From Priapulus caudatus (taxonomy: Eukaryota), in assembly GCF_000485595.1 (NCBI RefSeq), contig NW_014577078.1, positions 276,427-328,469 on the forward strand: a stretch of 52,043 bases of DNA. The letters run 5' to 3'. A program made the translations under genes and the position numbers. Shown piece after piece: positions 26,401 through 40,445 of this stretch. Under the pieces are notes generated by a model, which saw nothing but the letters and a program-made list of their open reading frames with translations, was not told the origin of the DNA and did not search any database. The stretch's first letter is position 1. Each line of letters starts with the position of its first letter.

Positions 26401-29400
26401 ATGTTGGCTAATTGGCATTTCATTCTCGGCTACTAATTAGAGTCAATTGCGCGTGTCGCAAGCGGCCCCAATACACAGGTAAGCTAGACAGAGTGCACTC
26501 ACGGAGAGTGCATACCTCCGCCAGCGACATACGCCATACGACTCACGAACACACGAATAAGACACGATATACGCCAGTGTACTGAAATGTAGACGCTGGC
26601 TTGCTGGCTTGCTGCTCACTCGCTCGTAGCAGTCGCTCATTGCTGCTGCTCGCTCACATGTACACGCTCGCTGGGGCGCTGCGCTGGCTGGCTGACGCAC
26701 TAATATCGATCGCGCGAACACACTAACACACGAACACACAAGAGCGATCACATAACCTCCTCTAACTCTGTTGGGCGGAGGTAACTAGGTCAGTTCAAAG
26801 ACGAATACACCGAGTTGTGATAATATAGGACTGTCTTGGGATTGTCAAAAGTAAACACGGCTGGAAATTAAGGCATGTCGATTAGGCAGTTAAGGCATCT
26901 TCATGAGTTATAGGATGTTGCAAATTAGTTTCAGCTTTGAAGGAATGTCAGAATCCAACGTGTTAAAAGCCTGCGGAAAACCTTGATTAATGTTCCCCAG
27001 TCCCACCTATTCTGTAATAGATTTAATATATTTATCAACTCACACTTACATAGTGTAGGCAGAAAGTTAGCAAATACAAAGTTTAGAGACATACGTGAGT
27101 GTGCATTGGTCACAATAAAGTGGCTCCGCATAGACTTAACTGAACTCTGTTGTGATGTTAAAGATTGACCTCTCTGCCTGGGGTGATTACCAGGATAGCT
27201 CTTGACAATCAGACTTGTGGTAGAGGCATTTTGAAAATGTTGCTTAGTAGCGAAGTCCAGCTAAGTGAATAATTTGACATGCACGTGTGAAAATGCTTAA
27301 ATTTATCGTACGACCCTCACGACCCCCCTCCCCCTCCCCCTGCATCCCTGCATTGGCATACACCCCCTGGGGGTGAACACACATGCGAATTTATTTCGCG
27401 CGCGGCCGCAGCGATTTTAAATCCAGCGAAATTCGCATGGTGTGTATCCGCTCACAGGTCTTGATATTTTCGCTGGCACGATCTTTTCCGCTGATGTACA
27501 ATTCGCATAGGTTGTCTCCGGTGGAAGCGAAAATCGAGCCGGCCCGATATTCTATAATCAGCGAATCATTCATCAGTATAGCCTAATCACGTGACCACAT
27601 GACTGTTGGAGGCTGTGTGCGACAGGGAGATCGCGTGCTGAGGTGTGTCCGCTGCAGTGATGCGGTGCGAAATATTTTCGACCGGCAAATTTCGCATGTG
27701 AGATATGGCTAAAGCGAGGGTTTTAGGTAATAAAAGTTTCGCACTATTTGTTTCTTCAAATAGCTTGTAATGGAGCTGTTTTGACATGCATTGTTTCACA
27801 TGCAAACGTTTGTATTTCGGCAAGGATGATTACTTTTTTAATAAGAAACCTTAAATAATTTGTTGGCTGTACATAATTGTTGCGCTTTTCTGTAATCTAA
27901 ATTAATATATATCCATATTATAGCGCGTGCTCTGCATTCAGTTTGGTTCCACCTATTCAATAAATGAGTTTGGTGAAGAGTATTCTGATGAGTTCATGTT
28001 TAAACGTGATAACGACCTTCGCAAATTGCAGCTTCAAATTCGCTGGCACATGGGACGATTCCAACCAAACACACGCTCCATGTGCATCACCAACAGTCCT
28101 GGGAATCGGATCTCACTATACACGAAGCGTCGACAGGTTTAGGCCTTGTTCTGGTGTCCACCCGTCGGATCTTCCAACCTCAACCCTTCAAGAGTTTAAC
28201 GCTGGCCTTTGGTCTCAGACCTTGGCCAGGGATAGGTTGAGCAACAAGTACTCGGTACGGTTTACCCTAAAGCGAGCAATTCCAACCACCCGCTAAACAA
28301 CTATGGGCCACTTAGGAATAATATATAACAAGGTGAGAACATACAATAAACAACGTCCTATGTGTGTGTTATACACAAAAAGAAGCTCTTAAATCAAGTA
28401 GAGGCACACGGAGGACATCTTTCCATTATAGAGAGTTTGTCCACGGTTCGGGTATATATTTTATATTTGAACTGTGTCAGAGTAATAACTAGTGTGTCAA
28501 CTCGTGATTTTGATGTAATAAACAGAAGCAAAAGACTAGCATGCATCTTGGCTATATTTTCTTCTGTCCTGTGCTGTTCCATCTATTGTGATCAAAATAA
28601 AATAAAAAACTACATCGTGGTGGTTTATCCTTAATGAACCGAATTTGAACGTTCTGAGTGAACGCGGCAAAATGATTTTAATTTAATGAATATTTAACTT
28701 TTTAATAGGAGAGACAAAAAGGCTGAGAGATGAGCGAATACGGACAGAAACATACTTAGGTGGCATCCACGTTCTAATGCAACAAAGGGGAGAACTTTAA
28801 GTAAAGCAAGGTGGTATCTTGTGTAGACCATGGCTTAGTTAAGAATGATTGACTAATTAATTCGTTATTTCTAGGCATCATGGGCAATATCTATATCTAA
28901 GTGAACATGATACTACACATGTAATCTTTTGGTGTTGATCAATACTTTTGTTAAAAGTAATTTTTACTCTTTAAATTAATTAATTTCACATATAATAGGA
29001 TTTTCGGTCCATAAGTTATTAATGTGAGCTTTGGCGTAGCTGATTGAACATGCTGTGCATTTGCAATATAATATGTAACTCATTCCGAGGTGCATCTATG
29101 ACAGGCGACTGTTACAGTGGCGACATGCTGCATGGCGCCGCCACTGAATTGTTAACATCATTTTAAGACAGTGACGAGCGGTTAGTTTTGGACCTGAGAG
29201 TATTCCGTTTTCGTCTTAGCCTGTCTCTACCCGACCCTGCCGGACCAATATAATTATTCCTAAGAAAAATGCAGGGCTTGAATTGGTCCGGACTGAGTGA
29301 AAGTACTTCGAAAGCACAAATATATCCGTTTTTTTTTAATAACGGCAACTTTTGCAAAACGGGCACTTTGCGTGGAGTAAGGGCGGGGGGCTGGCGCACC

Positions 29401-32400
29401 CTCTGCACCCCTGGATCGCGCCCTGATACTTGTGATATGTCATTAACTGATTCTACTGTTTCCTGACAATGTACCCTTTGATCCGGGTGCATGGGCAAGG
29501 GGGGAGCGGCGGATTACTGGACAGTTTGGGCTTTTACAGTTCCATTTCAGCCATCACCTAACTAACATGGTTCTGATTTCTAGCATAGCTTAGGAAATTT
29601 GCAGCCCTTCCTGATAGAAATTACTGATATTTAGCAATATTGACTCTTTGAGCTCAATGCTAACAATCTATAATTGTTAAAATCCATCATGGTTATGAGA
29701 CTACGAGGTATTTCTGTGTTTGATGCAATAGTTTAATTTCGAACTTTTCAGGTGGGAATGATGATGTTGTTTTTAAGACTAGCGCAGGAGCTTTGAAAAA
29801 TAGACAGGCAGGTTGTCAATGAACGCTGCGCTCAGAATTCTTCCACAAAAAATTCATGATAAGTACATACAAATAAACATACAAATGATCAGTCCTTGCA
29901 TCCTTTATAATGTATCTGCCTCATAACTACCACAAAATCCCTAAATATATAATAGATTTAAAAGGCGTATCTGCTAGTGTGTTATTATGTGTATGTTTCT
30001 ATTTATTTTTGGCATCCAGTTTTGCATTGCAATACACGCATGCATGTGTACACATTGCACATGCACACATTCAATATTGTACATCAAACACAGTATTGTT
30101 TTAGGGTACTACGTCTAATTTGAAAAGGACATTACTTAGGACGATTTATATATACATATAATAAGCTAATAATACGTAGTGAAGTATATGGGGAAAAACA
30201 GGGGCATAGGCTATTTTCACAGCAAAAATTGTATTATTTAAATTGCAATCTAGAATAAGTTTGATAGTATTGCATTAAGCAGCTATCTTTCCCTAACTAA
30301 AACAGGGACCAACCAACTTGTCACTTTCGACACTCCTAGCGGAGCTATCGGATTGTAATTTTTAGCTCATCCCAGACGTTACAGGCCATGTAGGAATCGA
30401 GTTTAACACGTGACTCTCGTCATAAGAAATTAATATTAGGTAGAATGTATAATTACTTAGTCTAAATAAATATAGCCACGCTACCGGCATCGCGCAGCTT
30501 CCAGCTACGGGTCCGTCATACATTTCTTATGTGAATTCCCCAACTATATTTTTCTTTTACGTAAAACAGATAAACACATAATGTGGTCTCACAGTGATAG
30601 ACGCCAACGTTACATGTGCTTACCGAAAGTGTTATTTCTTACATGGGGCATATGACACTGAAATAATGCGAGGTTCGTCCTTTGTTATAAATTGCGGAAT
30701 CTTCTTCACACATGCATGGGCAGCTGACTCATAATGTATGATAATAGATTTTAATCGGCCAAGGTGCAATCGTGAAGGTTTAAGGAGCTGGTGTAAGAAC
30801 ACTGACGTACGGACAATATAGAAGTAATGGCGCAAAGAATACGGGTTTAACACTAGTTTACGTATAATCTGTCCGTAATAACGAAATGCACAAACAAAAT
30901 AGTTACAAACTGGGGCGTAGAACTAGTTTTCTATAGGCCCCCATACGCATGCAATATAAATATGATAATTAGATAGCTAAAAAAGATTGCGTTAGATGGT
31001 ATTCTGCAATGAAAACTATAATGAAATGCGCATTACAAAAGTTGCTGTTTATTCGCTATTAAAGCCTACTGAAAGCAACTATCGTACTATATAACTATTG
31101 TACTAACAGATCAGCAGCAGTGTTATCAGTAAGCGACGGTGACTGTGACCCGGACTGTGAGCGCTCACTCGATCGAATCATCGGAAAACATAGTTTATTG
31201 ACTACACTACAATATGCGGGTTTCAAAAACTATCATGATAGTTCCGAGGTGGTTTGGGCTGAAACTTGATTTGCCTCTTCGTGTCCATTTTCTGTATGTT
31301 AAACCTATAACCTTCATCAAATTTATCATGGTTAATTTGGATAAATTATTTTTACTGCGGTGAAATCATGTGCACTAAAAGTTAAGCGTCTCTGTTTGGG
31401 TAAAGGGCTTTAATTTTTACTGCAGAATTTATTCTACTATGCATATCTTTCTAGTGTCGTGTGTGTGTGTGTGGCTCGCGCCGGTGGTGCGTGTGTGTGG
31501 GTGTGTGTGTGTGTGTGTGAGAGAGTCGTGTATGTGTGTGTGGTGTGTGTGGGTGTGTGGGTGTGGTGGTGTGGGTGTGTGTGTGTGTGTGTGTGTGGAT
31601 GTTGGTGTCGTGGTGTGTTGTGGTGTGTATGTGTGTGTGCGCGTGGCGCGGTGTATGCGTGTGTGCGGCGCGCGCCTGTCGTTGTGTGTGTTGTTGTGTT
31701 GGTCGTGTGCGCGCAGCGGTGTGCGGTGTGTGTCGTGAATATGGTGTGTGTGGTTGTGTGGGACGGACTTGACCAAAGGCTGGGCCAGCTGTTTTCAAAA
31801 ACAAATTAAGATAAATAAAAAGGACTCATATTTACTACTTATTTATGTACGCTCTATATCCGCCGAAATCATTTTTACGGTCGCAATTCCTTTTTAAATT
31901 GCTCCGCCAACATTTTGGGTGCACGAAGCACGATCTGTTATATATATATATATCTCATGATATATATTATATTCTATATCTATATATATAACAACTACCT
32001 AATTTTAAAAAATTAAAAGGGTGTGACTTTGGTGGCAGTGAATTAACATTTTTATGACGATATTTTACTGTGCAGTTCAGAGTCTTTCCAGCAGCCACTG
32101 TCAAATAACTTGTATTTGGGATGGAATGCTATTGAANNNNNNNNNNNNNNNNNNNNNNNNNNNNNNNNNNNNNNNNNNNNNNNNNNNNNNNNNNNNNNNN
32201 NNNNNNNNNNNNNNNNNNNNNNNNNNNNNNNNNNNNNNNNNNNNNNNNNNNNNNNNNNNNNNNNNNNNNNNNNNNNNNNNNNNNNNNNNNNNNNNNNNNN
32301 NNNNNNNNNNNNNNNNNNNNNNNNNNNNNNNNNNNNNNNNNNNNNNNNNNNNNNNNNNNNNNNNNNNNNNNNNNNNNNNNNNNNNNNNNNNNNNNNNNNN

Positions 32401-35400
32401 NNNNNNNNNNNNNNNNNNNNNNNNNNNNNNNNNNNNNNNNNNNNNNNNNNNNNNNNNNNNNNNNNNNNNNNNNNNNNNNNNNNNNNNNNNNNNNNNNNNN
32501 NNNNNNNNNNNNNNNNNNNNNNNNNNNNNNNNNNNNNNNNNNNNNNNNNNNNNNNNNNNNNNNNNNNNNNNNNNNNNNNNNNNNNNNNNNNNNNNNNNNN
32601 NNNNNNNNNNNNNNNNNNNNNNNNNNNNNNNNNNNNNNNNNNNNNNNNNNNNNNNNNNNNNNNNNNNNNNNNNNNNNNNNNNNNNNNNNNNNNNNNNNNN
32701 NNNNNNNNNNNNNNNNNNNNNNNNNNNNNNNNNNNNNNNNNNNNNNNNNNNNNNNNNNNNNNNNNNNNNNNNNNNNNNNNNNNNNNNNNNNNNNNNNNNN
32801 NNNNNNNNNNNNNNNNNNNNNNNNNNNNNNNNNNNNNNNNNNNNNNNNNNNNNNNNNNNNNNNNNNNNNNNNNNNNNNTTCTAAGACTCCACCTGTGTAT
32901 TACCCAACAACACGCAACGTCAAACCGCGCACCGTACAGGCCACGCAAAAAGCCAAACACCGCGTAACTCGCCACAACAATCTTATAAGCTGCAAGACTA
33001 TTTCTATGCTAGTGGTCCTAAACCAGGCAATGTAAATTATAAATTCTCCCAGAATATTATTAACATGATAATTGTCTTAGTCATAGTGTCTTAGTAGCCC
33101 TTAGTACAAATCGTAATGGATTTAAATTCGCATTCTAACACCCAACACTGCTTTATTCAGCACACACGCCCTAACGCAGTCACGCGCGACTGTGAGCACG
33201 CGAGACATGATCAGCAGCCGTACACACACATGCGCGCCGCGATCCGACAACAACTCACAGCGCACGACAAATCACACGCAAACCGGCCCGGTGCCCAAAC
33301 AGTTGGCACCCCAAATCTAACCGCTTGACGTACGCCACGATACTGGGACGTGGGATAATAATTCGAAACAGAGTCTTGGCGATGTTAAGCTGTCAAAGTC
33401 AAAGTCAACAGTGTAAAAGAAGCTGGAAACATTCCTCCTAACATAAGGTATAGGGGAGAACAGCAGATATTGCAAAGCAACAAATCTATAACGCTACCTA
33501 CGCCTTTAATCAGTCGTGTATAACATCAACACGTTACGCACACTAACACAACCAAGCCATCGCGCACAGGGTGCCGAAATGAGTACACACGTCAAAGAAG
33601 ATCAATGAGTGCACAGGCAATTAGAACAGCCGGGGGCGTTCTGCGCAACACACCACACACACACCAACAGCACACACACATATATATAGATATACCATAT
33701 ATAATATATTGATATAATTAGTATATTGGTTTGAGGGGAACGGTATCTTTCGGACGCGATTGCCATTTTAATTAACCTGGAACTGGGAAATGTCAGATAA
33801 ATTTTCCGCTGTATTCGGGAATAAGAAAAGTCCAGTCGGACGTGGGAAAGACGCCTCCTAAAAATATGTCTGATCATGGGAAAAAGTTGTGTCAAATTGC
33901 GTCGGATTGTCAATTCTGCGCTAAATATTTTGTAAAATACTAAAAAAAAAAAATTTTTAATTAAATATGGCCCAAGATAAATAATAGTATGTAAATATTG
34001 AGTATTTATGTAGTGTTATGAAAACCTAAACTAACTGAATTTCCTGAAACATGTCTACTACTAATTTCCTGAAGCTGGGAATTGGGATTTTATTTGACTG
34101 GGAACTGGATATGGGTGTTTTTTGCTGGGAAAGTGGGAATAGTAACACCCCCCCCCGTCCCCCCCCTCATATTTATATAAATTTACTAAACAGCTAAATG
34201 CTACTGCTAGTACCACGTGCACAAAGCAACATGTAAATTGTAGGGTTTGCTATAGTTTTACCATGTAAAAACACGTGTGTTTGTATACATCTATGCTTTT
34301 ACAAACATGTATGTGTTTACGACTTTACGTGATATTTATAGACCGTCAATAGTAAATTTACGCTCCAATAGCGTTCAGCAGAACTGTACGCCGGTCTGCA
34401 TCGCAATCAACGTTACAGCCGGAACCGGAACCTTGCTGGCTAAAAGTTCTCCCGCTAACGCCTCGTCAGAGCTATCAAATTAGTATATACATAAGGCGCG
34501 TTCACACGGACGTTTTTGGCCCGAGCCTAATTAGGCCCGTGCCAGATTTGGTCTCATCGAAAACGTCGGACCAGGCCCGAGCCAACTTTTAGCACCAGCT
34601 TTCGGCGAGGGGTAGAGCGGTAGAATCGGTTGAGCGGTAGATGCCGCGAGTGTCGAACGTGTAGGCCTACTTCGACGAAATAAAGTCCAAAACAGTATAA
34701 AAATTCGAAAAATTTGATCAGGATGCACGTTTTCAAGATTGATAATTAAACTCGGAACGTAAGTAAACACTCTAAATCGTAAACAATGCCATCTCACGAC
34801 ATACTGCCAAAGTATCTGTGAGATATTTGTCCAATAAAATTTATTTGAATTTGAATTTGAATTTGACAGACAATATTCACTTGCGTACGTGTGAACGCGC
34901 CGACTCAAACCGGCCCGAGCCAAATTTGGCCCGAGCCAAATCTAGCCCATTTGGTTCGAGCCAAACCATGACCGTGTGAACGCGACTATAGATACATGTG
35001 TTTGTATATATCTGTGGTATAATTATAGAGATCAGTGATCCAATCTGCGCTACGTACCGGAAGTGGCGAGTACCACCATCTGTAACGCCCCCTACAAACG
35101 CCGCATCGGCTGGCGCGCGAGGGAGTCAGCAATCCATGATTGTTATATCTATGATATTATCTACAAATGCCACTAAAATTCTACATTAGCAGAAGAAACG
35201 GAAGTTGGAAGCGGAGCTGTTTAGTGCTGCCACGTAGTGGGAAGGGTGCGAATATTTTCGCCGCAAATTTCGCTGTGGATATGGCTAAAGCGAGGGTTTT
35301 AGTATAAAAGTTTTCGCACTATTGTTTCTCAAATGAGCTTGTAGGAGCTGTTTTGACATGTGCTATAGGCACAGTTTTCATTGTTTCACATGCATAACGT

Positions 35401-38314
35401 TTGTATTTCGGCAAGGATATTACTTTTTTAATAAGAAACCTTAAATAATTTGTGCTGTCACATAATTGTTGCGCTTTTCTGTATCTATATATATATCCAT
35501 ATTATAAGCTGTGTCTGCATCTTTGTTCCACCAATTCAAAATTAGTTTGGTGGAAGAGTAGTCTGAATTGAGTTATGTTAACGTGTAACACCTCGCAAAT
35601 TGCACTCAAATTCGCTGGCCATGGGACGAGTTCCAACCAAACACACGCTCCATTGCATCACCAACTCCTGGGAATCGGATCTCATACACGAAGCGGTGTA
35701 GGCCTGTTTCTGGTGTCCCACCCGTCATTTCCAACAGTACCCTTCAAGAGTTTAAGCTGGCCTTTGTCTCAGACCTTCCCAGGGGATGAGTTGAGCAACA
35801 AGTACTCGTACGTTACCCCTAAAGCGAGCATTCCACCACCCTAACAAACTATGGGCTCACTTAGGAATATATAACAGGAACATACAATAAAACAACGTTT
35901 GTGGTGTGTTATACAAAAAAAGCTTCTTAGATAAGTAGATGCCACGGAGGAAATTTTTCATATAGAGAGTTTGTCGGTTCGGTTATTTTTCTTATTGAAC
36001 TTGTTCCGAGTTAATACTAGTGTGCAACTCGTGATTTTGATGTAATAAACAAAGCAAAGACTAGCACTGCATCTTGCTAATATTTCTTCTGGTGTGTGCT
36101 GCCATCTAGTTGTGATAAAATAAAATAAAAAACTACATCGTGGTGGTTTATCCTAATGAACGAATTTGAACGTTCTAGTGAACGAGCAAAATGATTTTAA
36201 TTATGATATTTAACTTTTAATAGGAGCAAGACAAAAAGGCTGAAGATGAGCGAATACGGACAGAAAACATACTTAGTGGCAATCCACTTCTAAATGCAAC
36301 AAAGGGAGACTTTAAAGTAAAGCGAAGGTGTGTCTTTGTGTAGACATGGCTAGTTAAGAATGATTGACTATTAATTCGTTATTTCTAGCATCATGGGCAT
36401 ATTTATCTAGGTGAGACATGATTACTACATGTAATCTTTTGGTGTGTGATAATGCTTTTGTTAAAGGTAATTTTTACTCTTTAAATTAATTAATTTCACA
36501 TATATATAGGTTTTCGGTCCATAAGTTATTAATGTGAGCTTTTGGCGTAGCTGATTGAAATGCGTGCATTTGGCAATATAATAATGTAACTCATCCAGTG
36601 CATCTATACAGGCGACCGTACAGTGGCGACATGCTGCATGGCGCCGCCACTGTATTGTTAACATCATTTTAAGAAAGGCAGCGGTTAGTTTTGGACATAG
36701 ATTTTTCGTTTTGGATTTGAGCATGGTATGGCCCGACTCCTGGGCCCGACCAATATATATATTCTAANNNNNNNNNNNNNNNNNNNNNNNNNNNNNNNNN
36801 NNNNNNNNNNNNNNNNNNNNNNNNNNNNNNNNNNNNNNNNNNNNNNNNNNNNNNNNNNNNNNNNNNNNNNNNNNNNNNNNNNNNNNNNNNNNNNNNNNNN
36901 NNNNNNNNNNNNNNNNNNNNNNNNNNNNNNNNNNNNNNNNNNNNNNNNNNNNNNNNNNNNNNNNNNNNNNNNNNNNNNNNNNNNNNNNNNNNNNNNNNNN
37001 NNNNNNNNNNNNNNNNNNNNNNNNNNNNNNNNNNNNNNNNNNNNNNNNNNNNNNNNNNNNNNNNNNNNNNNNNNNNNNNNNNNNNNNNNNNNNNNNNNNN
37101 NNNNNNNNNNNNNNNNNNNNNNNNNNNNNNNNNNNNNNNNNNNNNNNNNNNNNNNNNNNNNNNNNNNNNNNNNNNNNNNNNNNNNNNNNNNNNNNNNNNN
37201 NNNNNNNNNNNNNNNNNNNNNNNNNNNNNNNNNNNNNNNNNNNNNNNNNNNNNNNNNNNNNNNNNNNNNNNNNNNNNNNNNNNNNNNNNNNNNNNNNNNN
37301 AAATCACCATCCGGTCGCTCTGACTACGCCACCTGACGGAATCTCACGAATACATAACAAAAATAATTTTACTTCTAATCACTAATGCTTTCTCCACGTC
37401 CACGAGGCATCCAACTTGCGTGCATAATGCTAATTATTGCACTCTAGTGCCGAATTTCGGCGAAAAAAAATGCCAAAAAAGGCCTTTTCTAGAGACGAAG
37501 TAGTGCAACGGTGAACAATCGCGGACGCTTACTGTTATACGCCTCCTATACAGGCGACCGTACAGTGGCGACATGCTGCATGGCGCCGCCACTGTATTGC
37601 TAACATCATTTTAAGAAAGGCAGCGGTTAGTTTTGGACCTAGATTTTCCGTTTTGGATTTGAGCATGGTATGGCCCGACTCCTGGGCCCGACCAATATAT
37701 ATATGCTAAGAAAAATGAGGGCTTGATTGGGTCCGACTGAGTGAAATACTTGTCAGATACAGGCCAAGTGGCAAAATATACCGTTTTTTTAATAAGGCAA
37801 CTTTTGCAAAAAGGGCACTTTGCGTGGGAAGGGGGGGGGGTGCGCACCCTCTGCACCCCCCTGGATCCGCCCCTGATACTTGTGATAGTCATAACTATCT
37901 ATGTTTCTGACAATGTACCCTTTGACCGGGTGCATGGGCAAGGGGGGGGGGATTTACTGGACTAGTTTTGGGGGTTTTACAGTTTTCCATTCTCATGCAT
38001 ACCTAACTAACATGGTTCTGATTCTAGCATAGCTAGGAAATTTGCAGCCCTTCCTGATAGAAATTAACTGTATTTAGCAATATTGACTTTTGAGTCAATG
38101 TAACAATCTATATTGTTAAAAATCCATTCATGGTATGAGACTCGGAGGTATTTCTGTTTGATGCTAATAGTTTAATTTCGAACTTTTCAGGTGGGATGAT
38201 GATGTTGTTTTTAAGAACTGCGCCAAGGGACTTGAAAATAAGACAGGCAGGTTCGTCAATGATACGCTGCGCTCAGAATTCCACAAAAAATTCATGGATA
38301 AGTACATCAAATAA
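23272..38314 (+). CDS. CWC15: Spliceosome-associated protein CWC15, join(23272..23402,23951..24066,25678..25751,26209..26313,36224..36327,38191..38314), 217 aa
   Basis: All junctions are GT-AG and phase-compatible (654 nt). Protein reads [15 protein letters not shown]...[10 protein letters not shown]...LKYR...NLDADDP...[18 protein letters not shown]...[16 protein letters not shown]...[19 protein letters not shown]...[20 protein letters not shown], which are hallmark CWC15 motifs. The last two exons come from the intact second copy of the duplication. Confidence 0.95.
23951..24066 (+). CDS. CWC15: CWC15 coding exon 2
   Basis: Acceptor ttgcatag|, [24 protein letters not shown]..., donor |gtaaat. 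Confidence 0.94.
25678..25751 (+). CDS. CWC15: CWC15 coding exon 3
   Basis: Acceptor tttcgtag|, [24 protein letters not shown], donor |gtatag. Confidence 0.94.
26209..26313 (+). CDS. CWC15: CWC15 coding exon 4
   Basis: Acceptor gtgcag|, [35 protein letters not shown], donor |gtgagt. Confidence 0.94.
26481..26784 (-). mobile_element. Helentron-associated non-autonomous element (HINE/DINE-like)
   Basis: On the minus strand: ttacctccgcc 5' subTIR, nearby inverted copy ggaggttatg, a GTGT-type microsatellite, 3' subTIR ggcggaggta, then hairpin tgcactc-tccgt-gagtgca and ctagctt. Confidence 0.75.
28709..28810 (+). pseudogene. CWC15: CWC15 coding exon 5, copy A (frameshifted, probably by sequencing error)
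   Basis: Same sequence as 36224-36327 with several 1-nt indels. Confidence 0.8.
29752..29876 (+). pseudogene. CWC15: CWC15 coding exon 6, copy A (frameshifted, probably by sequencing error)
   Basis: Same sequence as 38191-38314 with scattered indels. Confidence 0.8.
31455..31762. repeat. (GT)n microsatellite, degenerate (copy A)
   Basis: GT dinucleotide run; counterpart at 39818-40112. Confidence 0.88.
34495..34986. mobile_element. PIF/Harbinger-like MITE (copy A)
   Basis: taa|ggcgcgttcacacgg ... ccgtgtgaacgcgac|tat, a 15-bp TIR with TAA/TAT flanks. Counterpart at ~43237-44136. Confidence 0.65.
36224..36327 (+). CDS. CWC15: CWC15 coding exon 5 (intact copy B)
   Basis: Acceptor tttaatag|, [34 protein letters not shown](R), donor |gtgtgt. 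Confidence 0.93.
38191..38314 (+). CDS. CWC15: CWC15 terminal coding exon (intact copy B)
   Basis: Acceptor cttttcag|, [40 protein letters not shown]. Confidence 0.94.
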
Positions 38315-39817
38315 ACATACAAATGATAGTCCTTGCATTCTTTAATGTATCTCTTCCATAACTACCACAAAATCCCTAAATATATAATAGATTTAAAAGG
38401 ATCTGTAGTGTTGGTTATATGTGTATGTCTATTTTTTCACTTGCCAGTTTTGCATTGCATACACGCATGCATGTGTACACATTTGCACATGCACACATTC
38501 AATATTGTACATCAAACACAGTATTGTTTTTAGGGTTACTATAATGAAAGGACATATTTAGGACGATTATATATACATATAATAAGCTAATAATACGTAG
38601 TGTATAATGGGAAAACAGGGGAATAGTGCTATTTCACAGCAAAATTGTATTATTTTAAATGCAAGTCTAGAATAAGTTGATAGTATTGCATTAAGCAGCA
38701 TTCTTTCCTAACTAAAACAAGACCAACCACTTGTCACTTCGACACTCCTAGGCGGAGCTATCGGATTGTAATTTTAGCTCATCCAGACGTTACAGGCATG
38801 TAGGAATCGAGTTTAACACGTGACTCTCGTCCATAGAAATAATATAGGTAGATTATAATTATTAGCTAATAAATATAGGCCACGGCTACCGGACGCGCAG
38901 CTCCCAGGCTACGCGTCCGGTCATACATTTCTTATGTGAACCCAACTATATTTTTTCAGTAAAAACAATAAACAATATGTTGGTCTAGTGATAAGAGCCA
39001 AACGTTACATGTGCTTACCGAAGTGTTATTCTTACATGGCATATGACACTGAATAATGCAGTTCGTCTTTGTATAAATTGCGGAATCTTTCACACAGCAT
39101 GGCAGTGACTCATAAATGTATGATAATAGATTTTAATGCAGGTGCAAATCGTGAAGGTTAAGGAGCTGTGTAAGAAACTGACGTACGGACAATATAGAAG
39201 TGAAATGGCCAAAAATACGGGTTTACACTAGTTTACTATAATCTGTCGTAATAACGAATGCACAAACAAATAGGTTACAAACTGGGGGTGAAATAGTTTT
39301 CATATAGGCCCCCTACGCATGCATATAAATATGTAATAGATAGCTAAAAAGATTGCGTTAGATGGTATTCTGCATGAAACTATAATGAATATCCGCATTA
39401 CAAAAGTTGTGTTTATTCGCTATTAAGCCTACTGAAACATCAATATCGTACTATATAACTATTGTACTAACAGATAGCAGGCAGTGTTATCAGTAAGGAC
39501 GGTGACTGTGACCCGGACTGTGAGCGGCCTCACTCGATCGGAATCATCGGAAAACATAGTTTATTGACTACACTACAATATGGGGTTTCAAAAACTATCA
39601 TGATAGTTCCGAGGTGGTTTGGGCTGAACTTGATTTGCCTCTTCGTGTCCATTTTCTGTATGTTAAACCTATAACCCTTCATCAAATTTATCATGGTTAA
39701 TTTGGATAAATTATTTTTACTGCGGTGAAATCATGTGCACTAAAAGTTAAGGTCTCTGTTTGGGTAAAAGGGCTTTAATTTTTACCGCAGAATTATTTCT
39801 ACTATGAATACTTTCTA

Positions 39818-39917
39818 GTGTGCGTGTGTGTGTGTGTCGCGCGCAGCACGTAGCTGCGTGTGTGTGTGTGTTGGTGCTGTGTGGAGAGTGTGTATGTGTG
39901 TGTGTGGTGTGTGTGTG

Positions 39918-39963
<46 letters not shown>

Positions 39964-40029
39964 TGGTGTGTGTGTGGTGTGTATGTGTGTGGTGCGCACG
40001 TGCGCGGTGTCATTAGTTGTGCGCTGCGC

Positions 40030-40060
<31 letters not shown>

Positions 40061-40112
40061 ATGTGCGCGAGCGTGTGCGTGTGTGTGCGTGTATTGTGTG
40101 TGGCTTGTGTGG
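39818..40112. repeat. (GT)n microsatellite (copy B)
   Basis: Long pure GT core at ~39920-39962 with degenerate flanks. Confidence 0.9.
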
Positions 40113-40445
40113 GAACGGGACTTGAACCAAACTGGCCAGTGGTTTCAAAAAAAAAAATAAGATAATAAAAAGAAGACTCATATTTACTCTTATTTTATGT
40201 ACCTCTATCGCCGAATATTTTACCGTCAATCCTTTAAATGCTCCTGCAACATGTCACGAACACGATCTGTTATATATATTAATATCATGATATATATATA
40301 TATATAATATTATAATATAACACCTACCAATTAAAAATTATAAGGTGACTTGGATGGGAGTGAATTACATTCCGACGCACTACGCACCGCCCCCAGGTCT
40401 TCCAGTCACACATGTCAAATAACTTGTATTGGATGTATGTGACTT

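Larger units (their letters stand above)
27665..35241 (+). repeat. Copy A of a large head-to-tail duplication
   Basis: Begins gtgcgaaatattttcg...gatatggctaaagcgagggtttt and ends ctgtttagtgctgccacgtagtggga. Colinear with 35246-44846. Confidence 0.92.

Noticed and set aside
28709..29876. A genuine CWC15 pseudogene or paralogue
   Set aside because: Indels are equally dense in exons and flanking introns and look like read error. A true pseudogene cannot be claimed without accurate reads.
32052..37336. Long ORFs of 200-300 aa listed in the ORF track
   Set aside because: They consist mostly of X residues from N gaps.
36605..37705. ~160-bp direct repeat around the 36767-37300 gap
   Set aside because: Copy A has this sequence only once (~29095-29250), so it is most likely a gap-flanking assembly overlap.
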